Counted from the stretch's first letter, positions 32,601-48,333 are shown. The stretch is DNA of 64,000 bases from a virus (IMGVR_UViG_3300045591_000029:64001-128000), one strand, 5' to 3'. Numbers and translations: made by a program. Notes: generated from the letters alone by a model not told the origin.

Positions 32601-35600
32601 GCAAAAAATGCTGCTACAGAACTTAAAAATACCATCAATGATTGGGATTCTGCGGTACAGAGCATTGATGATTTAACTGAAGGTACTAAAGAGTATGCAG
32701 ATGCTATTAAAACCGCAAATGATAAAGCTAAAGAGTTAATCGAATCTCAGGGTTTATTTGATCGTTCTAAGTGGTATTATGATGATAAGGGTATTATTCA
32801 ATTCGCGGATGGCGTACTCGAAGAACTATAGTCACAAGCGGACGCACGCGAAAGACAGACTGAAAGCTCCCTTTATACTGGTCAGATTTATTCTGGTAGT
32901 GCGAATATTAAGAGTGAGCGTACAAATGCTAAGAGAAGTTTAATTGGAGACTTTAGATCGCTAAGTGATAATGAACTAGACGCTGCAATGAGTATCCTTG
33001 ATACTCAAGAGCCTCTTTCTCTAGACGAATTTGAGACTGAACTTAAGCGAGTTTTACCTGGATTAGAATTAAGCACAACAAAGCTTGAAGATTTTAGAAC
33101 AGAGCTAGAAACTCTTATTACCTCTACTAAAGATGCTAGTGATGCGAATGACTACTATGCAAAAGAAATTCTCAAGAATAATATTGAAGAAAATCGTAGT
33201 GATGCATTGAAGGATATCGCAGGAGATAGTGAAGGTATCTATAATGGTTTACTTGATGTCTACGCAGCGCGAGAAGCATAGGCACTAGAAGAAAGAGATT
33301 AGGCGCTTTCTAATGTAACGGTTGCAAAAAATAAATATTCTTCCAATAGCGCATTAGGTAGTTATATCGGTCAGTCTATTAATGGAGACGAAGAACTAGC
33401 TAGATTATATGCTAGTATGGTTTTAGGCCGCACCGATGTTGACCAGTTAAACTATAAAGGCGGATGGAATAAGGGCCAACTTCAAACCTCTAGCGGCGAA
33501 AATCTTTTCGATGAAGCACTAAGTGATGATTACATGCGCAAGATGATTGCGCAAACCTATGCTCAATAGGAGCTAATTGACTCACTAGGAGAAGGTTTAG
33601 ATAATTTTGATCAAGATGCTTATGAAGCAAGTCTACAAAAATTAGTGGATGGAGCAAACTCTCTTAGCGATGCATTTGGCGAAGCTGATTTTGCTACAAC
33701 AATTCTTAATCAACTGGCACAAGGCACCGAGTCTATTGATTTAAGCTCTTTATTTGCTCAATTATCTCCTGACGATATTGCTCAACTTACCGGAATGTCA
33801 CAAGAAGAGCTATATGCCACTCTTGGTCTTAATGAAGAAGATTTAGCTAATCTTGGTGTTACAGATGCAGAAGCATGGTATAATAGTTTTATTGCTAGTT
33901 TAAATTCTTACGACCCATCTAGCTTTTATGAGCGTTTAAGTCAAGCTGCGACTTCTGGTGAAAAGAGTGCTAGATCGTTAATTGATAGTATCCAGTCTGG
34001 TGATACTACTTATGAAAATATTAGCGATAATGAAGAATATCAAAATCTAATTGATTAGCTAGATACCCTTAAGAGCCAATACCCGGAACTTCAAGCTGAT
34101 GCAATCGAACTTTCTAATACATGGGAAGTGGGAACATAGAAATTCGCAGAAGCACTTGAAGATGTGTAGGATCGATTAGCGCAAATTAAACTTGACGATT
34201 TAACTAATAATGCAAAAGAAGCTAGCGATAAACTTAAAGATTTCTTAGGCGAGCAAGAGAGTGATTGGGAAGTAAATATTGAAGCCAATCCAGAAGAGTT
34301 TACCACTACAATGGATGAACTATTAGATGCTAACTATGCAGTCGATGTAGAAATCCATACACAAGCTGAATAGGAATTTGATAGCATTAAAAGTGCTATG
34401 CAAAATATCCAAGATGAAGCTTCTAAAATTGGAGAAAACTTTGTAATTGCCGCAACCGATATACGAGAGCTAAATAACACATTCCCCGGTATTATCTAGG
34501 GTATGGAAGATATAGGTGATGGTTCAGTTCGTTTGAACCAGACTATGGTTGAAAGTGCTATTGCCGCAGCACGTGGAGAGGTTGCTGCTGATGGAGAAGC
34601 AACTGTTTCTCGTCTTGAAAATCAAGCAACTTTATTACGTGCTAAACAGCAAGTGTATCAGTAGATGGCAACTGCCGCGGCAGTTCTAGCAGGAGCAGAA
34701 ACAGATTCTGCAATGACTTCTTCTGAGGCATAGGCTACGCTATCTGGTGGTCTATCAGATTTAGAGCAATTAAATAGTAAAGCATCTACTACTGTTAAAT
34801 TAGATAACCAAGAGAAAACAGCGGATTCTGCATATGACAATGGTTTAGTTACTGCTCAAAACTGGGATTCTGCTTTCAGTTCTGCGGCACAGTCTTCTGC
34901 CGAGTTTGCTCGCACCGCTATTGCAAATATGCAAGCTGTTGCTAATAACGACGCTGGAGCTGTTACTGGTGGCAATAATTTTGGCGTTAAATACACTGGT
35001 TCTTCTGGTGTAAGTCAAGAAGCGGCTGTCCTGCAAGACACCTAGAAAATGCTTGATGAAGCTGATACTGTAAGCGAATAGGCTTGGGCAGATCTTGCAG
35101 CGAAGTATCAAAATCTTGCTGATTCCGCAGGTGCCTCTGCTAATGATATTGAGGGTATGATTGCTCAAATTGGTGCTTCTACCACTAATTTGGATAATTT
35201 ATTTGGCAATATTTCTAGCGGAAAAGGATCAAAGGGTTCTGGCGATAGCAAGGGTAAAACTTACGACAAAGAGGACTTAAAGACTCTTCAAGAAGTTGAA
35301 GACCGCTACCACGAGATCAATCGAGAAATCCAGAGACAAGATGACTTGCTTGATGATTTAAGTAACACTACAGATAGGGCTTGGGGAACCGATGCTCTTG
35401 ATGGTTACGAGAATGAAATCAAGGCTCTTGAGAAGCAACAAGAACTTTATAATCAAAAGCTGAAAGAAGCACAAGATTATCTGGTTCAAGACTCTGCCCT
35501 AGTTAAGAAGTATTTTGCAGACGCGCAAATCGGCGCAGATGGCGAAATCACTAACTATGAGGATCTATTAAGAGAGAACCTTAATCTCTATAATGCTGCA

Positions 35601-38417
35601 GTTGAGCGTTATAATCTTGCTGTTGCTGGTAAGACTTTAAGCGAAGAAGAGCATACAGCTCTTAAGAATCAGCTTGATGCAGAGAAGAAACTCTTTGAAC
35701 AGCGCCAGAAAGCACTTGAGCAATATGAAAGCACTCTAGATGTAGTTCGTGATACCACAGATAATATTCAAGAAAATGCTCGTTCTATTGCTGACAAGAA
35801 ACTTGAGGAAATCAAGTTTAAGATGGAGATTGTTCTAGACGTGAAGTCTATGAAAGATGCCGTCAGAGACTTGTCTAAAGAAATTGCTGAAATGTTTGGT
35901 GATGCTTTAACTCATGGTTTTGAAAGTGCTAAATTATCCGCGGAAGGCGCGCAAGCTGAGGCAGCATTACTGCCAAGCTATCAAGAAGAGTGGAATTCTC
36001 TTAAAGAGCTTTACGAAAGCACTACAGATGATGCAGATAGACGAGCCATCATGGATGAAATCAAGAGCTTGCAAGGTAATATCGTGGATTCTGCAAAAGC
36101 TATCGCGGAATGGGCAAACTCTATTGAGGATATTGTTCCAGATGCTGTTGATGCGGCTTCTGAGAGATTTGCAGCATTTACTGATCAGTTAGAGCATAAT
36201 ACTTCTGTACTAGATACTATTAAAGAGCTTTATACTTTACAAGGTGTAACTTATAAGACCGCGGAAGGATTTAATCGTCTCCAAAAGAATAGCCAAGAAA
36301 AGCTAAACGCTTAGTTAGCATCCGCTAAACTGCAAAGAGGTTGGTACGAATAGGCTGCTCAGAGATTAGAGGAAGCGCAAGCAAAACTCGATTCTCTTGG
36401 TGGAGATGAGACCGATTTGCGCTACGATGCTTATAAGAAAGCAAGAGACGCATATCTAGAAGAGTTTAATAAAGCTCAAGAAGCTTATCTATCTTCTGCT
36501 CAAGAGGCAATGGAAACAGCACAAGATATGTATCTCCAGCAAATCGAGAAAGCTGTCTATGAATTTGGTCAAGCGGTATCTAATGGTGTTGGTCTTGACT
36601 TGCTACAAGATAAGTACGATCATTATATTGAGCAAAATGAACGTTACTTTGATAAAGTAAATGAAGCATATCAAGTATCTGCTTGGTATAACAAGCTTCA
36701 ACAAGACATCGACAACACTACCAATTCTGCGCACAAGGAAAGATTAAAAGCTCTCCAAGAGGAAATTAATCAACGCAGAGAAGGCAATAAGCTATCTCAG
36801 TATGACCTTGATATTCTCAATGCTAAATATCAAGTATTACAGGCTCAGATGGCTCTTGAAGATGCTCAAAATGCTAAGAATCAAATTCAGTTAGTAAGAG
36901 ATAGCCAAGGTAACTGGAACTATCAATATACTGCTAACCAAGATGATATTGCTAATGCTCAGCAAAATCTTCTTGACGCAGAGAATGATTGGTATAATAT
37001 CGCTAAACAACAGGTAACTGATGTAACTGGCGAGATTGTTTCTACTTGGAAAGAGTGCTAGGATAAGATTAAAGACATCTATTCTGATATGACACTTACC
37101 GACGAAGAGCGTTCAGCATAGGCCCAAGAAATCTATAAGTATTATAGCGAGAAGATTAAGTACCTCGAAGAGGAAAAACAAAACGCAATCGCTGATATGA
37201 CAGAAGCGGGTAATAAGAACTTAATTGATAATGCAATTATCACAGGCGATACTATTACCGACTTAACTGGTATTACCACAGAAGAATTGAAGCAATTAGT
37301 AGCCGATTCTGGTGAAAGTATTGCTGATATTTTGATGAAGAATAGCGAACAGCTAAAAGAGATTGCGGGCAACAACACCGATCTTATCGACAAGTTCAAT
37401 AATACTTATGCCAAGGATCTTGACGACATGACTCAAAATACAACGAATTTTGAGGATGAACTCCGCAAGTTATTAGATCAAGCACAACGAGATTTTGATA
37501 ACTATAAGGATAAAGTTCAAAATGTCGCCTCTGAAACTGGTACTACTCTTGATAATTTGGCACAAGAAACTGATAAGGTTTCCGAAGCTACGGATCAATT
37601 AAGAGAACGCGGCGATGAAGCTAAGGATACTCTGTGGGATATGATTGATGCAGCTCAAAACGCTTCCGACGGCTATTTAGAGTTAGCGTAGTCTATCTGG
37701 GACACGGTCGAAGCGCTGCAAGCCTTAGCATCTGCGCAGGCCAGTTACGCTGGTTCTAAATCTGGTATGAGTGGCTCTTCTTCTAAGGGCTATGATAAAA
37801 ATACAGATTATGCGGCTATGATTGAACAAGGCTTAATCAATGGTTGGATTGATTATGGTGATGATACCTTTAATAGACTGCTTAATCAGCGTGGCGATAA
37901 GATTACTGGCGAAGGTATGGGTTATACTAACGAAAAAGAACAATTCAGCGGATACCATAAGGGCGATTCCGCGCAAGGTTGGGCTGTTGGTTAGTATGAC
38001 ACCGAGGACGAATGGCGTAAACATCTTGAGAATCTCAAGAAGAATTACGGCTTAAACACTGGTGGATATACTGGTTTGTTTGACGATGCAAAGCTTGCTT
38101 TCCTTCATCAAAAGGAATTGGTGCTAAATCAAAGTGATACCGAGAATATTCTTGCAGCAGTCCAAGCTGTAAGAACTATCGGCACTGATTTGTTTAAGTC
38201 TATTGAGAAATCTCTTGACGGTAATGCGATTGCGGCAATGGCTCTTATGGGTTAGAAGCTCAATCCAGTCGCTACTACACCAATTCAAGATTCTATTGAG
38301 CAAACTGTTCATATTGATAAAGTAGAGTTCCCGAACGTGACTAGCCGCACTGAAATTGAGGAAGCATTTATTAGTCTTACTAATGATGCTGCACAGTGGG
38401 CCAGAAGAAAGACTTAA
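29700..38417 (+). CDS. tail tape measure protein, ~2905 aa (recoded)
   Basis: Nine track fragments (30552-37767) share one frame separated by TAG; TP901-type N-terminal segment (LNEIRIVS...ANKAAKAL); Ala-rich helical body; ends TAA. Confidence 0.85.
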
Positions 38418-38467
38418 TAAGGAGAGCTTTTTAGCTCTCCTTATTAAAGGAGTGAAAGGAGATAGAC

Positions 38468-41400
38468 ATGAATAATATATCTGAACAGCTATTACAGGCT
38501 ATGGATATTATTACGGAAGAAAAGGTAAGATAGTTAAAATATGATAAAACTATCCAAGCCACCGTTTATTCTATTGTAGATGTAGATACTGGAGAATACA
38601 AAGTTAGATATAACGGGAATATCTTTTCCGCATTTAGTGAGAATACTAGTAAAAGCTATTCTATTAAAGACGTGGTTTATGTCAAGGTGCCAGAAGGTAA
38701 TTTTTCTAATAAGAAGTTGATTACTTCCTTGGTGACTGCGAAGTCTTTATCTAATGCTTAGTTATCTGATTTAACCAATTCTGTATTTGAAGTATCTCCT
38801 ACTTTTGATGCATTGTATGATGGAGCTTATGACGCTTCACAAAGTTACGGAGTAATTGCGGGAACGCCAGTTGGAGAGATCGGAAGTTCTATTTATATTT
38901 TTCAAAATAGTGAGGAATATGAGTAGAATGGATATCACGGTTTATTCCAATAGTATTCTAATAATTATGAATATATTCGCTTGAAAGCGTCTTTTTTAAC
39001 TTAGTTCCATAATGTCCATAATCAAGGTAATTATGGTATTGAAGTTGAGTTTTATACCAAGGATAATAGTAGTGTAAAATATAGATTAGATCTCTAGAAC
39101 TTTAATGGCAATCCTTATGGATTCTCAGTCTATTCTCCGCAGTAGATTATCCTTAAGGCGCAGAAGAACTATTTAATGGGACTTAAATCTATTAGACTCT
39201 TTGAAGAAGACTTTGTCTATGATAAAATTGTTAAGAATGGCATAGTTACAGATGAAGAGAATAGAACTGTTGCTAATATTTTTGTAAAAGATATTTCCCT
39301 TTAGTATGTTGATATGCAGGATTTAAGTGATACGATTTATTATCTCACGATTTCTGCCCCCAAAGGTATTGCCTTTACGGATAAAGTATCTAGCTTGAAT
39401 TTAGTTGGACGCTTAATTTATAATGGCGAAGATATTATGGATAGCAAGAAATGTGTTTGTCAATGGTATGAGAGAGATTTAAGCGTGGTTGTTGGCAGCG
39501 ATGAATATAGCAAGTCCGCAGGTTTCGGATGGAAGAAGATTGATGGACAGACATCTAGTTCTCTTACTCTTGATGCAACGGATATTCTATATCAATAGAA
39601 GTATAAGCTAGTAGTCGTCTATAATGATAGCATTACTCTAACTGCGGAAATCGCTGTATGGAATCGTAATGCAAGTTATGATTATTCTATTGAGCAAGTT
39701 ACTGATGGTGCTGATATTAAACTACAGATTAGAAATAATGTTGATAGCGAGTCTTTGGTGGGAGATTGGTATTTATCTTATCCAGACAATAGTTACAGCT
39801 CTGTGCCGGAAGGAAAAAAGAAGTCCGAGATTGTCGTAAGTTCTTATTTGCAATACAGTTCTGTGACTTTCTATTGCATGGTGTATAATTCTGCAGGATA
39901 GTTTATTGGAACTTTAGAACATACTATTGTGAATAGCGAAAGCGAAGATGATGTAACTATTAGTTATATCGGTGAAGATTCCTTTAGATATGATGCTAAT
40001 GGCGATATTTCTATTGAAGATGCAGAGAAAGAAAGAACTCTATAGGTTAATTTAGCATGGAAGGAAGGATTCGGAACCTCTTACTTCGTGTCTTGGTTAA
40101 TGAAAGATGCGAATAATAAAGAGTATGAGATTCCCACCTCTAAAGAGCTTGCTTATAGTCCGGATAACTCCATGCTTGAGAATATTTGGGTTGACAAATA
40201 TAATATTTTACACTACAATATTAGATAGAAGTATAGAGTTAATTTCAGTAATAATACAGTTATTGTAAAAATAAGAACAATTACAGAATCTATTTATCTA
40301 TTTAATAAAGAGATTCTTTGTTTGAAAGATGGCGACTAGGGAACCAATGGTACTACTTATATTACCGCAATTCGTCCATGTAATTCAGACGGCGTAAAGT
40401 TAAGTGGACTACAGCCTTTAAGATATAATAATGGATGGACTAATGATATTAGGGTTCGTTGTTATGTTTATAAAGATGGAGAATTGATTAACGGTAATAG
40501 TAAATATTCTATTACCTATAAGTGGTAGGGAACAAACGTTACAGTAGAAAACAAAGAAGTAGTTACTGATTCCGTTGATCGAGTTTTAGTGCGCGGTATA
40601 CCTACGATTTCCGCGGATACCCCTAATGCAGAATTGGCTTTCTATGTGAGAGTTCAAGTTACTATTAGAGACGATAATAGCTCGGTTGATATCTACGCTT
40701 CTTATCCTCTTGATGTTATCGTTGGTTCTACATTAGCGAGTGCTATTGATATTGATACTATTCCGTCTTATATCAAGTATAATTCTTCCGGTCTGACTCC
40801 ATCATTTTATAGTAATGATATTAACTTCTATTATAATGATGTAGCTTATAATGATAACATTACTTCGTTAAACACCAATATCCTTACTATTAAGACAGAT
40901 AATGGTAAGAAATACTTAGAGCCAGCTTCTAGTTTTATCTTTGAGAATATTAAGGATAATGATTAGAGCAATATCGGAGTATTAAATCTTGCTATTCCAA
41001 ATAGTAACGATAGATTAATTCATCCAATTATCATGTATCTCGATACTTATGGTAATGAAGCTATTAATGGCTGGGATGGAACTGCTCTTGATACTGGCGA
41101 TGGAGAGTATGTATTTGCTCCACAAGTTGGTGCAGGAACAAAAGATAGCCAAAATAGATTTACTGGCGTGGTCATGGGTAAAGATAGTGGCCAAGATAAA
41201 GTAGGTTTATATGGTTATCAGGCGGGTGTTAATACTTTCGGTCTAATGGAAGATGGTATCGCGTTCTTCGGAGCTTCTAGTGGAGGCGGCCGCATTGAGA
41301 TTAACGGTAAATCCGGTTCTATCAAAGGCGGCGGTGGAGGAGATAACTCCACTGGTATGACAATCAATTTTGCCGATCTTAATCCTGGCAATAATACTAC

Positions 41401-42358
41401 TGCTATTAAAATAGGTGGAGGAGTTTTTGAAGTTACCTATAATGGTGCTTTAAAAGCAACATCTGCAACTATTGAAGGTTAGATTTTTGCACAATCTGGT
41501 AAGATTGGCTGCACTAGTAGAAATAGTAATGATGGTTGGACTATCGAGAAGAATAAATTATATAGCGGAAGCGGAGCAACAAGAGTAGAACTAAATAGTG
41601 ATAAGGATGAAGAATTTGCTATTTGGGCAGGTGCTACAAGTTCGACTTCTGCACGAGATAGCTATTTTGCAGTTTCTAAAAAAGGTTCTCTCTACGCTAA
41701 GGAAGGCAATATTGGCGGATGGACTCTCAAGAGTAGATCTCTATCTAGCAATAACAATAAAATTGGTATGGCTAGCTCTGGCTCCTATGTATTCTGGTCT
41801 GGCGCAGATACCGGTAATCCCGGTGATACTCCAGATTTTAGTAAGAGTGGTACTTACTTCTATGTTACCAATGGTGGAAAACTTTCTTGTAAGAACGCAG
41901 AAGTTCGAGGTAATATTACCGCGGACAGACTTGAATGTGATAATGGCGAGATCGGTGGATGGACCATTAGTAGTAGTTCTCTACGAGGCGGAAGTACTTA
42001 TCTATATTCTAGTGGCCGAATTGTTTGCGATGACCTTAACTGTGATGGTGGTAGTATCGGCGGATGGACGATTGGAGAAGATTCAATCTCTGCTAGTGGT
42101 ACTATTTTGCAAAGTGATGGTAATATTTATACCAGATTAGGTAGAGTTGGTATGGTCGAAGGAGAAGATAGCCAAGGTACTACTTATAACTTTGGATTGT
42201 AGGCAACTGGCGGTAATGGAAGTGTTATCATTCAAGCGACATATGGCAATGGTAACGTAGCTCTACGTGCCGCGAATTATATTATCTTAAATGGTAATAG
42301 ACTTACTTGCACAGTGCCAGCAGCTAATCAGTCTGGTATTTATGCAAGATTCGCTTAA
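38468..42358 (+). CDS. baseplate hub/tail tip protein with beta-helix repeats (recoded)
   Basis: 1296-aa frame joining fragments 39314, 40589, 41033 and 41768; repeated GxIGGWT(I/L). Confidence 0.65.
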
Positions 42359-42371
42359 GGAGGAATAAATA

Positions 42372-43584
42372 ATGCCGAGTGTTTCTCTTACTTTTGTCAG
42401 TGCAAGTCGTTCTAGTGTGCGAATTAGTTATGATGGAAGTGAGTGGTATATCCCTGCCAATGAGCCTGAACACAGTTCTGGATGGTCTACTATAACAAGC
42501 ACTGATACTAGACAAGTTCAGTAGAAAACCGTCACTTAGGTAGTTTATGATGTTGCTGGTTGTACTACTACTTGGCATTGGAGTTTTAGTGGTGGCAATG
42601 GTGGTTCTAGTTCTGTTAAGACTGGAACCATTACCATTGGTGGAATGGCAGCAGGATCGAGAGGTAGTGTCACAGGAAGGCTCTCAGCTACAAGAAGTGC
42701 AAAACAAAAAAAAGAAGTTTATACACGCACCCAAACTCGTACTAAAACGACAGAAAAAGATGATAAAGGAAATACTACTACTAAGTATGGAGAGTGGAGT
42801 GATTGGAGTGAATCGGGTCCAAGAACAACATATAGCTCTGCTAGCAGTAAAAATTTAGGCTCTGCATCTGATACTTTGGTATTTTATACTAAGCCAGCTG
42901 AGTTTTCATGGGGTAGTGGTGTAGACACTGATAAAACTATTTAGGTATCTGGTGGACTTTCAGCTAGTAAGTGGAATACCTTGGTTGCTAGAGTAGAATA
43001 GCGGAAGAACTGGGAAAATTAGTCTGGCGGAGCTGATTATAGTGATGCGGAAGCTAGCTCTGGTGAATTAGTAACAGCCGCCAAATATAATATTTTAGCT
43101 AAAGCATTAAGTGTAAGCCAAGTAACAGCTCATACGGATAGGACAACCGGCACTCTTATTACCGCCGATGTGTTTATTGCATTATAGACTGCTGTTAATG
43201 CGTGAGTTAAAGGAGATAACCATGTTAAATAAAGATATTGTTACAATGTATCGCGGGTTAACAAGCTTGGCTTCCGATCTGGAAACCAAACTTCCCGCGA
43301 AGGTATCATTTGCTATTGTTAGGAATATTAAGCTTTTAACTCCTATTGTTGAAGATATTGATTTTGCTCGTCAATCAGTTGCAGCAACTTATGGAGTAGA
43401 AGTCGAGGGTGGATACAGTATTCCTGAATAGCAAATAGATACAGTTAATTAGGAGTTAACTGCGATTGCGGAAACAGAAGTTGATGTCCCTATTGTTAAA
43501 GTTAAAATGTCAGATATTGAGAACTTGAATATCTCTGTTAGTATCGCAGAAGCTCTTGAGTTTATGATAGAGGAAGAGATTTAA
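42372..43584 (+). CDS. two tail-region proteins (42372..43205; 43222..43584) (recoded)
   Basis: SD-preceded frames continuous with TAG=Gln. Confidence 0.55.
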
Positions 43585-43681
43585 GTCTCTTCCTCTTTTC
43601 TTTTTGCTTGGACGGATTTAATTATCTTAACCAAAGCAATTTTTATAATATATAGAGTTAGAGAAAAAGGAGGCGCGGAAT

Positions 43682-46423
43682 ATGCCAATTAGTATTTATC
43701 CGCCTACTTTATAGAGTACATAGCCTGCATTTTTAGCCACTACACCAGACTATGAAATCAAGTATACTCTATAGAAGGTGACGAGTGCTGAGACTATTAA
43801 ACATATTCAAATTCGAGTAGTTGAATAGCGCTCAAATTCTAGCATTGTAAATACTTCGAAATACCCAGACAATATTATCTATAAGAATGTGGATTTAACT
43901 AAAGAGTCTAGTCCTTATGGAATTAAAATCCTAACTGCGGATTTGCGGAAATCTTGGTCACCGGGCGTGTGTTATAAGATTCAGTTACGCTTTGGATCTA
44001 CTAGCTTTCCTACTGACTTAAGTTCTTTTGCCGCATGGAAGAAAGAATAGATTAACAATCAGACTTTCTCTGAGTGGTCCACTGTCATGATTATTAAAGC
44101 TATCGCGCAACCAGAAATTTATATCGAGAATGCCGGTACTTTAAGAACAGATGTTATTGCTAGTAGGTAGACAGAGGCTAGTTTAACTCCATTATTTGTA
44201 GGAGATTATATTGATAATGCTTCTGAGGAACCGTTGGAGAAATATAAGTTTGATCTATATGATGAAACTGGAACAGATTTAATCGAGTCCTCAGATTGGA
44301 TTCAAGCAGTTAGCGGTAAGAATAACTCTTATCGGTTTAAGACTATGTTGACAAATAACGAGTCTTATAAAGTTTATTTTTCTATTGTAACGCGCAACGG
44401 ATATGAAGCAAGAGTATTCTATGACTTCCAAGCTGTTAAAGTATATTTAGAAGCATTAGAAGGCGTAACAATGCGTATAGATGATACAGATGTCTATTGT
44501 CGCGAAAACGGTTGTATGCGAGTTTATCTAACCGCAAAGAATCCATTAACTGGATGTTATGTACTTACTCGTGCATCTGAGGAGAGTAATTATCAAGTAT
44601 ATGAGGATTTAAAGTATTTTAATTACTTTGAAGAAACTCTTAATGATAGTTTGATTTATACAGATTTTATTATCGAGAGTGGTATCAAATATAAGTATGC
44701 TTTCTAGTATCAAAACTCTCAAGGATTACGGAGCGCACCTTTGCAAGAAAGTGGCTCTCCTATTCCAGCGAGAAGTGTTGACTTTGAATACTCTTATCTA
44801 TATAGAGACGGAGTGTAGCTGCGCTTAAAGTATAACCAAAAACTCAGTAGCTTTAAGCATACGGTACTAGCGAGCAAGCAAGATACCCTCGGAGACCAAT
44901 TCCCGCATTTAGCGAAGAATGGTTATGCTTATTATGCCGAGTTTCCAATTAGTGGTTTAATTAGCTTCTAGATGGATGAAGACTAGACCTTCTTTACTTT
45001 AGGGACAGATGGTTATTATTATAATAATGAGTTGGTAATCCCTAAAGATAAGTTTAGTATGTCTACTGCGGCGAGAGGAGAGATTACAGCTCCTTCTTAT
45101 CTTGCTATTGATACTAATATTACTGATGATAATATTTTTGTAGAGCGTAAGTTTAGAGAGAAAGCTGAATAGTTCCTTAATGACTTTACTTATAAACTCT
45201 ATAAATCTCCTACTGAGGGGAACATTATTGTTGGCTTAATGAATGTATCAATGACACCTAATGCATCTCTAGGGCGCATGATTTTTGAGTTCTCTGCTAC
45301 TGCTTATGAAGTTTTGGAGAATACGCTTGAAAATCTTAATGAGATTGGTATTACGGATGTTGGAGTCTTTAGTAATGAAGTATCTACCGAAGAACAATCC
45401 GCGTTTGGTCAGATTAGTGGTATTTATTCAGGCTGTCCTGAAGGAAATGATATTTATACTTTAATTAAGCAATAGGAAGAGATTGCAGTTGGCGATGGTC
45501 GATATAAGTTGTCTCTTATTAACGTCGATTCCTTCTGGATTGAGAGATATCCAACCATAGACTTTGATGGTAAGATTTACGAGTTAGAAGCAAAGAAAGC
45601 TGAACAAGAGCAAGCTGGAGAAGATACTAAAGAGACAGAGGCTGAACTCACTCGTTGGGCGGCTCTAAAAGAAGCCGCCGGTAATGCTCCATCTTCTGCG
45701 GTTAAACTTACTGTTAATGGAACAGATATTATAGTTGCGCCAAATAGGTTATATAGCGTCAGAGAGGGTGTTAGCTCTTTAAGTATGAAATCTGTTAAAT
45801 ATCCTATTATTGTGAATTATGTCTGCTCTTTAACAAGAGAAAGAAACGATGAAGTTGGCGAAGTAGAATCTATTGATACTTCTCGTATTTGGGGTTAGAT
45901 TTCTGGCGTCTTTAGCGGAACTGATAAAGTTTTGAAGAATTATAAGTATTACTATGGGCCTGGCGAGACTCCATATCGCATCTATAGCGATTCAACTGTG
46001 GAGGAAGATAAGCTAGGTCGTATCTTAGTAGATAATACAAATTATAATGTCTATAAGACTGTCAACCTATACGATATTATAGAAGAAGAAACTCGCAAGC
46101 AGGTAGAGTTTATTTATAATATTCAAGGTGGATTTGAGCAAGATGAAAATGGTAAATGGACGAATGGAATTATTTATTATTCTTTCTCTGATATTACTTC
46201 CTTCGACATTGAAGCAGACCCCCAGACTATCTTATATATTGGTCAAAAGAAAGATGGTAGCGATAAACATCCAGTCATGCTTGGTCCAACGGGCCGATAT
46301 ACTCTTAGCCCGATGGATGGTATGATTAAGTATATTGCTTTATAGAAACCTCAATTTGCGGTTATTAACTACAAATGTTTAACCGCGCAAACAACAATGA
46401 AGTATAGCAAAGAAAGGAGTTAA
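43682..46423 (+). CDS. minor tail/baseplate protein with fibronectin-like segments (recoded)
   Basis: 913-aa frame joining fragments 44234, 45239, 45509 and 45932. Confidence 0.6.
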
Positions 46424-46428
46424 TATTC

Positions 46429-48333
46429 ATGTTTGAGTATCTTAATGACATGGATTTTCTAACCTAGTTAGATAAACTGCATATGCGAGTATAGTATGCA
46501 AAGATTATCCTCCTTTCTTTTAAGGATGAAGAACCCATTAAAGAGATTTAGGGTTCTATCACTAGTGGTAATTTGAGCGTTAATGGTTCTTCCGCAATTA
46601 GAAGAACCATTAACCTTACTATGCTTGCTTCTATTGATAATAGTAATCTTGAGGATATTGATAATGAGATTTCTATTAACAAGAAGATTAAAGTTTTAAT
46701 TGGTTATGATAATCCATTAAAGTCTTATAAGAACTATGGAGATATTATTTGGTTTCCTTGCGGCTTGTTTGTTTTATCCTCTGCTAATATTAGTCGCTCT
46801 ACTAGTGGTTGGAATATTTCTATCACTGGTAAAGATAAGATGTGTCTATTAGACGGAACCGCAGGTGGCACTTTGCCGGCATCAATAACCTTTCATGAAA
46901 GTCTTGTTTAGCTTGATAATGGAGACGTAGAGATTCAATATCCTACTATCTTCCAAATTATTTATGAAGCGGTAAATCACTGGGGTGGAGAAGCTATTGA
47001 GAATATTATCATTACTGACATTGATGAAGAGATTAAGATGTTAGTAAGATATATGGGAGATAAGCCAGTATATTTCTCCAATGACTACTAGAGTTTAAGT
47101 TTTGAAGCGCAAGAAGATTATCCGCATATGTTTAGTTATGGACAAGATGCTGGATATAAGTATACTGACTTTACTTATCCAGGAGAGTTGGTATTAAATG
47201 CGGGAGACACGGTAGTAACTCTATTAGACAAGATTGTTAGCACTCTTGGCAATTATGAATATTTCTATAATATAGATGGTAAGTTCGTATTTCAAGAGAT
47301 TAAGAATTATCTTAATACCGGTAGTCCTCTATTAGAGTTAAGTCCAGAAGACTATGTACGTTCATATAATAATGCAAAGTTTTTATACTCGCTTACCGAT
47401 CTTGACACGACAACCGCGATTACCCGCAATCCTAAGTATGATAATGTGAAGAATGACTTTTATGTTTGGGGTAAGCGTAAGACTTCAACCGGCGTAGAGG
47501 TATCTATCCGTTATCATCTTGCTATTGATGATAAACCAGACATTGATCTAGCTATGTAGAATATGTGGGAAGTAAAGGATAAAAAATCTAATCTTATTGT
47601 TCGCTATGATTTTAATACTCTTGATGAATACAGCGTGGATGGTTATGTAGTTACCTTAGTAGGTACTCCATGCGACGAGTGGAGAGAAGAGCTATACCGT
47701 CGTGCTCTTAATGCTTAGGTATCTAATAGTGTCTATGATAACTATTATGATTCAGAGCTAATTGCGGAGTGGCGTAATTTATATAATCCAATGAACAAGA
47801 ATTGGGATGCTACAAATCATTGGAACCCCGATGTATTTAATGACCCAGGTTCTATTAACTTCTGGCTAGATTTTATAGATACTAGTTCCGCCCTCGGTAA
47901 GTATTCTATTAAGAATATTGGCCGTAGGACTAAAGTCGTTAATAATAATGACATAAAAACCGTATATAATAGCGAAGTTCCTGATGTTGTATTTATTGAA
48001 GGATTAGATTAGGACTTGATTGTTAAATATCAAGGGATTGGTTAGAGATTCTTTATTCTAACCAATGAATACTATGATATGTTTTCAATAAGCACTACTG
48101 GAACTAGTTGCTTTGACCAAATTCGAGAAATGATGTATTAGAACTTATGTTATAATACTACTATTTCTTTAACCTGTTTGCCGAAATATTATATAGAGCC
48201 TAATAATATAATTAGGGTTGAAGATAAAGATAGCAATATCTATGGTAATTATCAAATTACTCAATATTCTCTACCTCTTACTTATAATGGCACTATGAGT
48301 ATTACTGCAACAGAAGTTTTAACACGAGTATAA
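46429..48333 (+). CDS. tail protein (Tal/hub-like) (recoded)
   Basis: 634-aa frame; NLSVNGSSAIRRT and GNYEYFYNIDGKFVFQEIKNY segments typical of phage tail hub proteins. Confidence 0.6.
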
